Shown here: positions 16,794-26,694 of the stretch, one piece after another
Numbering within the stretch: the stretch's first letter is position 1
Layout: each line of letters begins with the position of its first letter
Origin: Candidatus Limnocylindria bacterium
GTDB taxonomy: Bacteria; Chloroflexota; Limnocylindria; P2-11E
Assembly (NCBI GenBank): GCA_036569685.1
Contig: DATCQC010000102.1
Location: forward strand, 1 to 30,928
Direction: 5' to 3'
Length of the DNA: 30,928 bases
The notes under the pieces: model-generated
Databases searched by the model: none
What the model saw: only the letters and a program-made list of their open reading frames with translations
What the model was told of the DNA's origin: nothing
Made by a program: the position numbers and the translations under genes

Positions 16794-18059
16794 ATGCGGA
16801 AGCTCTCTGCGATCGCGCTCGTGGTGGCCTTCGTAACCGCGGCCTGTGCTGGCACCGCATCGACAGGCGGAGGCCCGACTGGGTCGAGCGCGGCTACGGC
16901 GGCGGCCGTCGCGCCGGGCCCGATCACGATCGGTGCTGTGCTGCCGCTGACCGGGTCGTTCAGCGCGTCCGGCACGTACTTCAAACAGGGCTATGAGCTT
17001 GCGACGAAGGAGATCAACGACGCCGGTGGCTTGGACGTCGGCGGTTCGAAGCACCAGATCACGCTGAACATCTTGGACGACGGCAGCAACGGGACGAAGT
17101 CACGCAGCCTCGTCGAGCAGCTCGTGACGCAAGACAAGGTGACGGCGCTCCTCGGCGGTTACGACACCGGGCTCGTTGAAGCGCAGCAAGCGGTACCCGA
17201 CCAGTACAAGATCCCGATGGTCGAGGGAGGTGGCGCCGCGTCGGCCATCTTCACACGCGGCAACAAGTACCTCTTCGGCACGCTCGCCACGATCGACGTC
17301 CTCGGCAAGAACACCATGGACTTCCTCAAGTATTGGATCGATCAGGGCAAGCTCCCGAAGCCGCTGACGATCGCCCTCGTCTGGGAGAACACCGATCACG
17401 GCAAGGACTACCAGGCTGCGGTCAACCAGGCGGCGAAGGACAGCCCCGACTACTTCAAAGTGGTCCTCGACCAGGGCTTCGAGCTGAACGCCAGCGACTT
17501 CACGTCGCTCCTCACGCAGGTGAAGGCAGCGAACGCTGCCGCGTTCCTGTCGGACGCCCACCTTCCTGACTACATCACGATGCATCGCCAGTACACGCAG
17601 CTCGGTCTCACGCACAAGTTCGTTTCCTATGGCGCCCGCGGTCCGGACCAGAAGGGTCGCGACGCTCTCGCGGCCGCCGCCGACTATCTCGTCGCCGGTC
17701 TGTGGTGGACGCCGGCTCAGCCCGACGCGGGCAGCCAGGCCTTCAGCGCGAAGTGGAAGGCCGCCTACAACGTGACGCCGGACTGGTTCCAGGCCCTCTC
17801 CTACGAGACGGCTCGCGTGCTGTATGCGGGCATGACGAAGGCGGGCTCCCTCGACGGGACGAAGATCCGAGACGCGCTCGCCTCCCTCGATTTCAGCGGC
17901 TCGATCGTGCCTGGTGGCCACATCTCGTTCGATCCCACCGGCAAGCCGAAGACCCAACTCGTCATGACCCAGAACCTCCCCGGAGGCAAGGTGTCGCTCG
18001 TCTGGCCCAAGGGCGTCCAGGGCTACACGGACGCGATCATGCCGTTCCCATCCAAGTAG
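16794..18059 (+). CDS. HAAT-family (Liv-type) ABC transporter substrate-binding lipoprotein
   Basis: Lipobox VTAA-C18. Motifs ITIGAVLPLTG and LDDGS, periplasmic-binding-protein type 1 pattern. Heads a livHMGF-type operon. Confidence 0.88.
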   Translation: MRKLSAIALVVAFVTAACAGTASTGGGPTGSSAATAAAVAPGPITIGAVLPLTGSFSASGTYFKQGYELATKEINDAGGLDVGGSKHQITLNILDDGSNGTKSRSLVEQLVTQDKVTALLGGYDTGLVEAQQAVPDQYKIPMVEGGGAASAIFTRGNKYLFGTLATIDVLGKNTMDFLKYWIDQGKLPKPLTIALVWENTDHGKDYQAAVNQAAKDSPDYFKVVLDQGFELNASDFTSLLTQVKAANAAAFLSDAHLPDYITMHRQYTQLGLTHKFVSYGARGPDQKGRDALAAAADYLVAGLWWTPAQPDAGSQAFSAKWKAAYNVTPDWFQALSYETARVLYAGMTKAGSLDGTKIRDALASLDFSGSIVPGGHISFDPTGKPKTQLVMTQNLPGGKVSLVWPKGVQGYTDAIMPFPSK

Positions 18060-18081
18060 AACGTTGACGGACCGCGAGATC

Positions 18082-18119
18082 GCGCGGCGGGGACCTGCTA
18101 CCGCAGGACCCCGCCGCGC
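18082..18119. other. Intercistronic GC-rich stem-loop between the binding-protein and permease genes
   Basis: GCGCGGCGGGG-A-CCTGC-TACC-GCAGG-A-CCCCGCCGCGC forms 11 + 5 bp stems with an A.A mismatch. No U-tract follows. Confidence 0.8.
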
Positions 18120-18128
18120 TTAGCGCAC

Positions 18129-19028
18129 ATGCTCGATTGGTCGAATCTCGGCACCCTGGCCATCGCCGCCATCTTGACCGCGGGTCTCTACGCGATGATG
18201 TCCTTTGGGCTGGCGCTGGTGTACGGGGTCATGAAGATCATTAACCTGGCCCACGCCGCGACGATGATGCTCGCGGCGTTCACCGTGCTGACACTGAACC
18301 GGTCATTCGGTCTCGACCCGATCATCGGCTCACTCCTCATCCTGCCGCTGTTCTTCATCGCCGGCATGGGCCTGTATCACGTCGCCGTCCGACGGGTGGC
18401 TGCTGTGCCGATCGCGTCGCTGTTGCTGCTGTTCGGTACGTGGCTCGTCGCGCAGAACGCCGCATACCTCATCTGGGGCAGCGAGGATCAATCGATCGTC
18501 ACCGCTTACACGTACTCGACGGTCGACGTGTTCGGCATCCACATCGCCGTGACGCGCATCGTCCCGTTCGTCATGTCATTGTTCATGCTCGGCGTCATGC
18601 GCTGGTTCCTCGGTTCGACGGATCTCGGCCGCGCGATCCGTGCCGTCAGCCAAGATCCGACCGCGGCGCGGCTGGCGGGGATCTGGCCCGAGCGGACGTC
18701 GGGCATCGCGTTCGGCATCGGGACCATGCTGTCCTCGTTCGCTGGCGGGATGTTCACCCTGATCTTCTCGTTCACGCCTGACTTCGGCGGCGTCTTCCAG
18801 CTGAAGAGCTTTGCGATCATCGTGCTTGGCGGACTCGAGAGCTTCCTTGGCGTCGCCCTTGGAGCGCTCGTGCTCGCCACGATCGAGTCGTTCTCGATCC
18901 TCATCCCGGGTTGGCGCGCCAGCCTCGTGAACCTGCTCGCCTTCGGCCTCCTCGTCATCGCTCTGGTCGTCTTACCGGGCGGCATCGCGAGCCTCATCGC
19001 GCGACGGACCGGGCGGGCGGTGCAGTGA
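18129..19028 (+). CDS. livH: HAAT ABC transporter permease (LivH-like)
   Basis: Motifs GLALVYGVMKIINLAH, GRAIRAVSQD and FAIIVLGG. Confidence 0.9.
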   Translation: MLDWSNLGTLAIAAILTAGLYAMMSFGLALVYGVMKIINLAHAATMMLAAFTVLTLNRSFGLDPIIGSLLILPLFFIAGMGLYHVAVRRVAAVPIASLLLLFGTWLVAQNAAYLIWGSEDQSIVTAYTYSTVDVFGIHIAVTRIVPFVMSLFMLGVMRWFLGSTDLGRAIRAVSQDPTAARLAGIWPERTSGIAFGIGTMLSSFAGGMFTLIFSFTPDFGGVFQLKSFAIIVLGGLESFLGVALGALVLATIESFSILIPGWRASLVNLLAFGLLVIALVVLPGGIASLIARRTGRAVQ

Positions 19029-20002
19029 TCATCGACCGCAACCCATATGTGCTGGCGCTCATCGTCGCCGGCGTCTGCGCGATGGTCCCGGTGCTTCGGC
19101 CGGATGACCTGACGATCCTCGGTGTCGGCTTCCTCACGTTCATCTTCGTGACGCAGGCGGTCTCCTGGAATCTCGTTGGCGGCTTCGCGGGCCAGGTTTC
19201 GTTCGGATTCGCGGCGTTCTTCGGGACCGGCGCGTACGTGACTGCGATCCTGTGGTCCCGCTACGGATGGGAGCCTGTCCTGACGCTGCCGGTCGCCGGC
19301 CTCGCGGCGATGGTCGTCGCGCTGCTCGTCGGGCTGCCCTGCTTTCGCCTCTCGGGACCGTACTTCTCGATCGCCACGATCGGTGTCGGCGAGGCCGCCC
19401 GGGTGATCGCGATCAATCTCGACAACATCACCGGCGGCGCGTCCGGCCTTGTCCTCCCGTTCACCGTGCCGGAGAAGTCGTGGTTCTACCGCGCCGGCCT
19501 CATCCTCGCGACGGTCACATTCCTGTGCGCGGTGTGGATCCGGCGGCATCGCTTCGGTCTCGCGTTGTTCTCGCTCCGCATGGACCAGACGGCCGCTGAG
19601 AGCCTGGGCGTCCCGACGGCGCTCTTCAAGAACCTCGCGCACGTGGTCGCCGCCTTCTTCGTCGGGGTGAGCGCGGGCCTCTACGTCGTCTACCTCTCGT
19701 ACGCCCACCCCGATCAGGTGTTCGGGTTCGATCTCTCCATCGGGATGGTGCTCATGAACGTGATCGGAGGCATAGGCACGCTCTGGGGACCGGTGCTCGG
19801 CGCGGTGATCTACTTCCCGATCCGTCAGCTCGTGCTCTCGGACCCGCGCCTCGTCGCGGTCAACCTGCTCGTGTTCGGCGCGCTCCTCATCCTCATCATC
19901 CTGTTCGAGCCGGGGGGCCTGCTCGGCCTCCTCTCTCGCGCGGGGGTCATCGCGCGGAGCGGGCTTCGGCTCCGGCCGGCCGCGGACAAGCGGGCGGAAT
20001 GA
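19025..20002 (+). CDS. livM: HAAT ABC transporter permease (LivM-like)
   Basis: GTGA overlap with livH. Motifs WNLVGGFAGQVSFG, GPYFSIAT and IGGIGTLWGPVLGA. Confidence 0.9.
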   Translation: MIIDRNPYVLALIVAGVCAMVPVLRPDDLTILGVGFLTFIFVTQAVSWNLVGGFAGQVSFGFAAFFGTGAYVTAILWSRYGWEPVLTLPVAGLAAMVVALLVGLPCFRLSGPYFSIATIGVGEAARVIAINLDNITGGASGLVLPFTVPEKSWFYRAGLILATVTFLCAVWIRRHRFGLALFSLRMDQTAAESLGVPTALFKNLAHVVAAFFVGVSAGLYVVYLSYAHPDQVFGFDLSIGMVLMNVIGGIGTLWGPVLGAVIYFPIRQLVLSDPRLVAVNLLVFGALLILIILFEPGGLLGLLSRAGVIARSGLRLRPAADKRAE

Positions 20003-20730
20003 CCGAGCCGCTCCTCGTCATCGAACACGTCAGCAAACGGTTCGGTGGACTCGTCGCGGTGAACGATGTCTCCCTCGAGATCGGACGTGGCGAGATCGTC
20101 GGCATCATCGGCCCGAACGGCGCCGGCAAAACGACGCTCTTCGGCTGCGTGGTCGGCCTCCTCCGTCCGACCGCTGGACGCATCACCTTCGCCGGCGCCC
20201 AGGTCGACGGACTTTCGCAGCACGCGGTGGTCCGTCGCGGCATCTGCCACAGCCACCAGATCCCCGCGCCGTTCCCGTTCCTCGACGTGCGCGACAACAT
20301 CCGGGTCGGCGCGTCGTTCGGCCGCCGCCGCGCCGAGGCCAGAGCTGTGGTGGATGAAGTGCTCGCCCGGACCGGACTCGAGCCGCTCGCGTCGACGCCC
20401 GCGCGCAACCTGTCGGTCGGCAACCTGAAGCTGCTCGAGCTGGCTCGCGCCCTGGCGACCGGACCCGAACTCCTCTGCCTCGACGAAGTCGGAAGTGGCG
20501 TCACACCGGTCGAGCTCGACCGCATGCTCCAACTGATCCGCGACGTCAACGCCGCAGGCGTGACGATCCTCTACATCGAGCACAACATGCAGGCGATCGG
20601 TGCGGTCTGCCAGCGGGTCATCGTGCTCGATTTCGGTCAGAAGATCGCCGAGGGCACGCCCGCGGAGATCGGCGCCGACCCGAAGGTCATCGAGGCGTAC
20701 CTTGGCGCGCCGATCGGCAAGAGCGCATGA
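19999..20730 (+). CDS. livG: HAAT ABC transporter ATPase (LivG-like)
   Basis: Walker A GPNGAGKT, LELARALA, Walker B LCLDE, and C-terminal VIEAYLG. Confidence 0.92.
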   Translation: MTEPLLVIEHVSKRFGGLVAVNDVSLEIGRGEIVGIIGPNGAGKTTLFGCVVGLLRPTAGRITFAGAQVDGLSQHAVVRRGICHSHQIPAPFPFLDVRDNIRVGASFGRRRAEARAVVDEVLARTGLEPLASTPARNLSVGNLKLLELARALATGPELLCLDEVGSGVTPVELDRMLQLIRDVNAAGVTILYIEHNMQAIGAVCQRVIVLDFGQKIAEGTPAEIGADPKVIEAYLGAPIGKSA

Positions 20731-21437
20731 GCCTGCTGTCGGTCGAGGCGCTGTCCGCGGCGTACGGCCGCGTGACGACGCTGTGGGATGTGTCGTTCAC
20801 GGTGGCGGATGGCGAGATCGTGACCCTCATCGGATCGAATGGTGCCGGCAAGACCACGACCCTCCGTGTCCTGTCGGGCCTGCTGCCGGTCCGCGCTGGG
20901 TCGGTCCAGTTTGACGGACACGACCTCTCGCGGCTGCGGAGCGACCAGATCGTCGAGCTCGGCGTGGTGCACGTGCCTGAGGGCCGGCTGCTCTGGCCGC
21001 GGATGACCGTCGAGGAGAACCTCATGCTCGGCGCGTACCTACCGAAAGCGAAGACGAAGCGTGCGGAGAGCCTGGAGCGCGTCTACGGCCAGTTCCCGCG
21101 GCTGCGTGAGCGCCGCAGCCAGCTCGCCGGCACGCTTTCGGGTGGGGAACGGCAGATGTGCGCGATCGCCCGCGGCCTCATGGCGATGCCGCGGTTGCTC
21201 ATGCTCGATGAGCCATCGCTCGGCCTCGCACCGATACTCGTCGCTGAGATCTTTCGGACGATCCTCTCACTGCACGAACAGGGCATCACCGTGCTGCTCG
21301 TCGAGCAGAACGTGCACCGCGCACTCGAGATCGCGCAGCGCGGGTACGTCCTCGAGCTCGGCAGGGTGGCGAAGACCGGCAGCGGGCAGGAGCTCCTCGC
21401 CGATCCGCACATGAAGACCGCGTACCTGGGGCTCTAG
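20727..21437 (+). CDS. livF: HAAT ABC transporter ATPase (LivF-like)
   Basis: Motifs GSNGAGKT, VPEGR, LSGGERQM and LDEPSLGLAP. Confidence 0.93.
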   Translation: MSLLSVEALSAAYGRVTTLWDVSFTVADGEIVTLIGSNGAGKTTTLRVLSGLLPVRAGSVQFDGHDLSRLRSDQIVELGVVHVPEGRLLWPRMTVEENLMLGAYLPKAKTKRAESLERVYGQFPRLRERRSQLAGTLSGGERQMCAIARGLMAMPRLLMLDEPSLGLAPILVAEIFRTILSLHEQGITVLLVEQNVHRALEIAQRGYVLELGRVAKTGSGQELLADPHMKTAYLGL

Positions 21438-21451
21438 GGCGGTCCCGGCGT

Positions 21452-21467
21452 CGACGACGTATCGTCG
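21452..21467 (+). promoter_or_regulatory. Short inverted repeat overlapping a -10-like hexamer of the malic enzyme gene
   Basis: CGACGA-CGTA-TCGTCG contains TATCGT (21460-21465), 8 nt before GTG 21474. Confidence 0.35.
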
Positions 21468-21473
21468 GGTGTA

Positions 21474-22934
<1,461 letters not shown>

Positions 22935-23019
22935 GAAGCCGACCCGGCCCTACCGCCGACCCCCGGGGCGTTTCACTGTTCGCAGCCCGGTTTCCACGTC
23001 GCGCTAACCTCTTGCGCAC

Positions 23020-23055
23020 ATGGCATTCGTCGCCGCCTCGACGCTGCTCTCGTGA
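23020..23055 (+). CDS. Putative 11-aa upstream ORF (MAFVAASTLLS) coupled to the aminotransferase start
   Basis: ATG lies 9 nt after TAACCT (23005-23010). Its TGA (23053-23055) overlaps GTG 23052 as GTGA. Confidence 0.35.
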   Translation: MAFVAASTLLS

Positions 23056-24236
23056 GTGGCAGGCCCTTCCTTCAGATCCCCGGCCCGACCAATGTGCCGG
23101 ACCGCGTGCTTCGAGCGATGGACCGTGGGGTCATCGACCACCGCGGTCCCGCGTTCGCGACGCTCGTCCGCGGCCTGCTCCCCGACCTCGCGCGCGTGTT
23201 CAAAACGGAGCGCGGTCGCGTGATCGTGTACCCATGCTCGGGGACAGGCGCGTGGGAGGCCTCGCTCGTGAACGTCCTGGCGCCGCGCGACCGCGTGCTC
23301 GCCTTTGACTACGGCCATTTCAGCGCCGGGTTCGCCACCGCCGCGCGCAATCTTGGCTTCGCCGTCGACCTCGTGCCCCTGCGCTGGAGCCAGAGTGTGC
23401 CGGCATCAGCGGTCGCAGAGCACCTGCGGCCGGAGCATCGCGCGGTGCTCTTGGTACATAACGAGACCTCGACGGGGGTCCGGACCAATGTCCGCGCGGT
23501 CCGCGATGCGATCGATGCGCAGCGGAGCGGTGCGCTGCTCATCGTCGACACGGTGAGCTCGCTGGGCAGCATGGACTTCCGCTTCGACGAGTGGGGTGTC
23601 GATGTGGCCCTGACCGGAAGCCAGAAGGGCCTCATGCTGCCGCCCGGCCTCGGATTCGTCTGCGCGTCGCCACGGGCGATCGACGTGGCTGCGCATGGAG
23701 GCAGCCCGCGGAACTTCTTCGATTGGCGCCCGATCCTCGAAGACAACGCCGCAGGGTTCTTCCCGTACACGCCCGCCACGCTCGCGCTGTTCGGACTGCG
23801 CGAGTCGCTCGACATGCTGTTCGCCGAAGGTCTCGACCACGTCTTCGCGCGCCACCACCGCCTCGCCGGAGGCGTTCGCGCGGCCGTGCAGGCGTGGGGC
23901 CTCAAGATCCTGTGCGAGGAGCCCGACGCGTACTCGGACAGCCTCACCGCGGTCGTCATGCCGGACGGCGTTGACTCGAACGTGCTCATCGCCCGAGCGC
24001 GCGACCGCTTCGACCTTGCGCTCGGGGTCGGGCTCGGCAGGCTGCGCGGCCGGGCCTTCCGCATCGGCCACCTCGGGGCCTTGAACGAGCTGGAGGTCCT
24101 CGCCACGCTCGGCGGCGTCGAGATGGCCCTTCGCGAATGCGGCGTCGCGGTCTCCGCTGGCGCGGGAGCCGCCGCGGCGCAGGAGCAGTTCGTGACCGTG
24201 GAGAGGACCGCCGAGAAAGTCGCGCTGCGCCAGTGA
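23052..24236 (+). CDS. Class V PLP aminotransferase, serine-glyoxylate/alanine-glyoxylate aminotransferase family
   Basis: Motifs FLQIPGPTNVP, HNETSTG, DTVSSLG, TGSQKGLMLPPG (PLP lysine), PYTP and FRIGHLG. Confidence 0.9.
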   Translation: MSGRPFLQIPGPTNVPDRVLRAMDRGVIDHRGPAFATLVRGLLPDLARVFKTERGRVIVYPCSGTGAWEASLVNVLAPRDRVLAFDYGHFSAGFATAARNLGFAVDLVPLRWSQSVPASAVAEHLRPEHRAVLLVHNETSTGVRTNVRAVRDAIDAQRSGALLIVDTVSSLGSMDFRFDEWGVDVALTGSQKGLMLPPGLGFVCASPRAIDVAAHGGSPRNFFDWRPILEDNAAGFFPYTPATLALFGLRESLDMLFAEGLDHVFARHHRLAGGVRAAVQAWGLKILCEEPDAYSDSLTAVVMPDGVDSNVLIARARDRFDLALGVGLGRLRGRAFRIGHLGALNELEVLATLGGVEMALRECGVAVSAGAGAAAAQEQFVTVERTAEKVALRQ

Positions 24237-24275
24237 CCCGTTCGCGTGGCACCGCCCGTGCAGCCTAGGCAGCGC

Positions 24276-24749
24276 ATGAAGGAACCGGAACACGAGGACG
24301 ACTCGCCACTCCGCGCGGTCGAGGACACTGTGGATGAGACCGACGATGACGCCGACTTCACCGATCAGCCGTTGACCACGGACGCGCAGGCGGTCGTGGA
24401 GGACGGGGACGGGAGCGAGGTCTTCTTCGCGCCGACGGATCCGGTGCTCCGTACGGGCGCGCACGGCGAGCCCGAGATCGCCGGTGGCTTCTCGCCGACG
24501 GCCGAGGCCCCCACGCCGGAACGGTCATCCGACGGCAGCATCGGTGACGAGGCCATCGCCGACGCGGTGCGCGACGCGCTCGCGCTCGATGCGTCGACCG
24601 CGGACCTGCAGCTGAACGTCGAGGTCGACGCCGGCGTCGTTCGCTTGCGCGGGACGGTGTCGTCCATCGAGGACGACGAGAACGCCGAGGCCGTCGCGAG
24701 CGCGGTGCCGGGTGTGACCGAGGTCGCCGACGAGACCGAGCTGGCCTAG
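24276..24749 (+). CDS. Acidic protein with a single C-terminal BON domain
   Basis: C-terminal DEAIADAVRDAL...VEVDAGVVRLRGTV...AVPGVTEV matches BON. The N-terminal half is D/E-rich with no signal peptide. Alternative GTG at 24246. Confidence 0.75.
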   Translation: MKEPEHEDDSPLRAVEDTVDETDDDADFTDQPLTTDAQAVVEDGDGSEVFFAPTDPVLRTGAHGEPEIAGGFSPTAEAPTPERSSDGSIGDEAIADAVRDALALDASTADLQLNVEVDAGVVRLRGTVSSIEDDENAEAVASAVPGVTEVADETELA

Positions 24750-25522
24750 CGACCCTTCCAGACCGGCGCGCGCTTCTCCAGGAACGCGGTCACGCCCTCG
24801 CGGAAGTCCTCTGAGCCGTACGCGAGCCCGACGATGTCCTCGCCCGCGCCCAGGCGCTCGCGCTCCGACTCGAGCACGCGCAGCACGGCGAGCTTCGTCG
24901 CGCGGATCGTGAGCGGCGCGTTCTGGCTGATCCGGTCCGCGAGCGCCGCGACGTGCGCCTCGATCCGCTCGAGCGGCACGACGTCGTTGAATGCGCCGGC
25001 GGCCTGCGCCTCCACCGCCGTCGCGAGCCGGCCGGTGAACAGCAACTCCTTCGTCACCGCGGGTCCCACGATCTGGACGAGCCGAGCGATGTTCCGGAGG
25101 GAGAGCGTGTTGCCGACGGTGCGCGCGATCGGTACACCGAAGCGCGCGTTGTCTGCCGCGATCCGGATGTCGCAGGCGAGGGCAAGGGCCGCACCGCCGC
25201 CCGCGGCGACCCCGCGGATGAGCGCGATCGTCGCCTTCGGCAGCTGCTCGACCGCCGCGATCGTCCGCTCGACGTGCTTCTCATACGCGAGCGCGTCCGC
25301 GAGGCCACGGATCTCGCCGACCTTCCGGATGTCGCTGCCGGAGACGAACGCCTCGTTGCCGCTTCCCTGGAACACAACGACCCGGATCGCGTCGTCCGTC
25401 CCGACGTCGGCGCAGATGTCGAACAGGGTCGAGTACATCTCCTGGGTGAACGCGTTACGCGCCTCGGGCCGGTCGACCGTGACCTGCGCGATCGCGCCGC
25501 GTTTCTCGATCCGGACGGTCAC
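24746..25522 (-). CDS. Crotonase/enoyl-CoA hydratase-fold protein lacking both canonical catalytic glutamates
   Basis: Motifs DRPEARNAF, AFVSGSDI, GGGAALALACDIRIA, FGVPIARTVGN and EGVTAFLEKR. Stop overlaps the convergent BON stop (CTAG). Confidence 0.88.
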   Translation of the reverse strand: MTVRIEKRGAIAQVTVDRPEARNAFTQEMYSTLFDICADVGTDDAIRVVVFQGSGNEAFVSGSDIRKVGEIRGLADALAYEKHVERTIAAVEQLPKATIALIRGVAAGGGAALALACDIRIAADNARFGVPIARTVGNTLSLRNIARLVQIVGPAVTKELLFTGRLATAVEAQAAGAFNDVVPLERIEAHVAALADRISQNAPLTIRATKLAVLRVLESERERLGAGEDIVGLAYGSEDFREGVTAFLEKRAPVWKGR

Positions 25523-26694
25523 AGTGCGTCGATCTCCGCCGCGGGAAGTCCGGCTTCCGCGAGGACCTCACGGGTGTGCTCGCCGAGGAGCGGTGCCGCG
25601 CGGCGCATGACCGGCGGCGTGTCCGAGAGATGCAGCGGCGAGCCGATCGCGCGGATGGAGCCCTGCGTCGGGTGCGGCAGGTCGACGAACAGGCCCCGCT
25701 CGGCGAGGTGCGGATCGGCGAACACCGCGGCGAGGTCGTTGATCCGGCCGCACGGGACGCCGACGTCCGAGAGGGCGGCGATCCACTCATCGGTCGTCCG
25801 CCCAGTCGTCACGGCCTCGATGATGGACGCGAGCTCGGGAGCGCGCTCGTTCCGGGTCGATCCGTCCCGCCAGGCCGGGTCGGCCTCGAGCCGCTCGAGC
25901 CCGGCCACGCGGCAGAAGGACTTCCACGTGGGCGGCGTCGTCGCGCCGATCGCGACGTAGCCGTCGGCGGTCTTGAACGCCTGGTACGGCGCGGTCAGCC
26001 GGTGCGCGGAGCCGAGCGGCCCCGGCACCTCGCCGGTCGTCAGGTAGACGCCCGACTCCCAGATCGCGAGCGACACGCCGCTCTCGATGAGCGAGAGGTC
26101 GATGAGCTGCCCGCGCCCGGTCCGCCCTCGCGCGACGAGCGCCGTGACGATCGCGAACGCGCCATACAGCGCGGAGGCGAGATCCGTCACCGGCACGCCG
26201 ACCTTGACCGGCGGGCGGCCGGGCTCGCCGGTGACGCTCATGAGCCCGCTCTCGGCCTGGAGGATCAGGTCGAGGCCGGCGCGGTCGCGATGTGGACCGG
26301 TCCGGCCGAAGCCGGTGATCGAGCAGTAGATGAGCCGTGGGTGCTTTGGCGCGAGGGCGTCGTAGCCGAGCCCGAGCGCATCCAGCGTCCCGGTCCGGAG
26401 GTTCTCGATGAGCACATCGGCCGTGGCCGCGAGCGTCCGGAACGCACGCACGCCGCGTTCGGACTTCAGGTCGAGCGCGACGCTCCGCTTGTTGCGGTCC
26501 AGGCGCAGGAAACCCGCACCGTCCGGGCTGCCCGCAGCGAACGGGCCGAGCGCGCGCGAGTAATCGCCGCCGGCGGGCGACTCGATCTTGACCACGTCGG
26601 CGCCCATGTCCGCAAGGAGCGTCCCGGCGTAGGGGCCGGCCATGAAGTTCCCGAGCTCGAGGACCCGGATCCCGTCAAGCGCCTCGGTAGGCAC
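25519..26694 (-). CDS. Class III (CaiB/BaiF) CoA-transferase
   Basis: Motifs LDGIRVLEL, AGPYAGTLLADMGADVVKIE, RNKRSVALDLK, PVTDLASA (catalytic Asp position) and PLLGEHT. Confidence 0.93.
   Translation of the reverse strand: MPTEALDGIRVLELGNFMAGPYAGTLLADMGADVVKIESPAGGDYSRALGPFAAGSPDGAGFLRLDRNKRSVALDLKSERGVRAFRTLAATADVLIENLRTGTLDALGLGYDALAPKHPRLIYCSITGFGRTGPHRDRAGLDLILQAESGLMSVTGEPGRPPVKVGVPVTDLASALYGAFAIVTALVARGRTGRGQLIDLSLIESGVSLAIWESGVYLTTGEVPGPLGSAHRLTAPYQAFKTADGYVAIGATTPPTWKSFCRVAGLERLEADPAWRDGSTRNERAPELASIIEAVTTGRTTDEWIAALSDVGVPCGRINDLAAVFADPHLAERGLFVDLPHPTQGSIRAIGSPLHLSDTPPVMRRAAPLLGEHTREVLAEAGLPAAEIDAL

Noticed and set aside
16794-19028. Lower GC in the ABC operon as a sign of horizontal transfer
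   Set aside because: A few hand-counted 60-nt lines gave ~57-58% GC, but a line from the GT-C gene gave 60%. Amino-acid composition can explain this, and there are no flanking mobility signs. A proper GC3/codon analysis would be needed.
22935-23051. Glycine riboswitch or sigma-54 promoter upstream of the aminotransferase
   Set aside because: No glycine-riboswitch consensus segments are recognisable. TGGCAT at 23021 lacks a GC at the required GG-N10-GC spacing.
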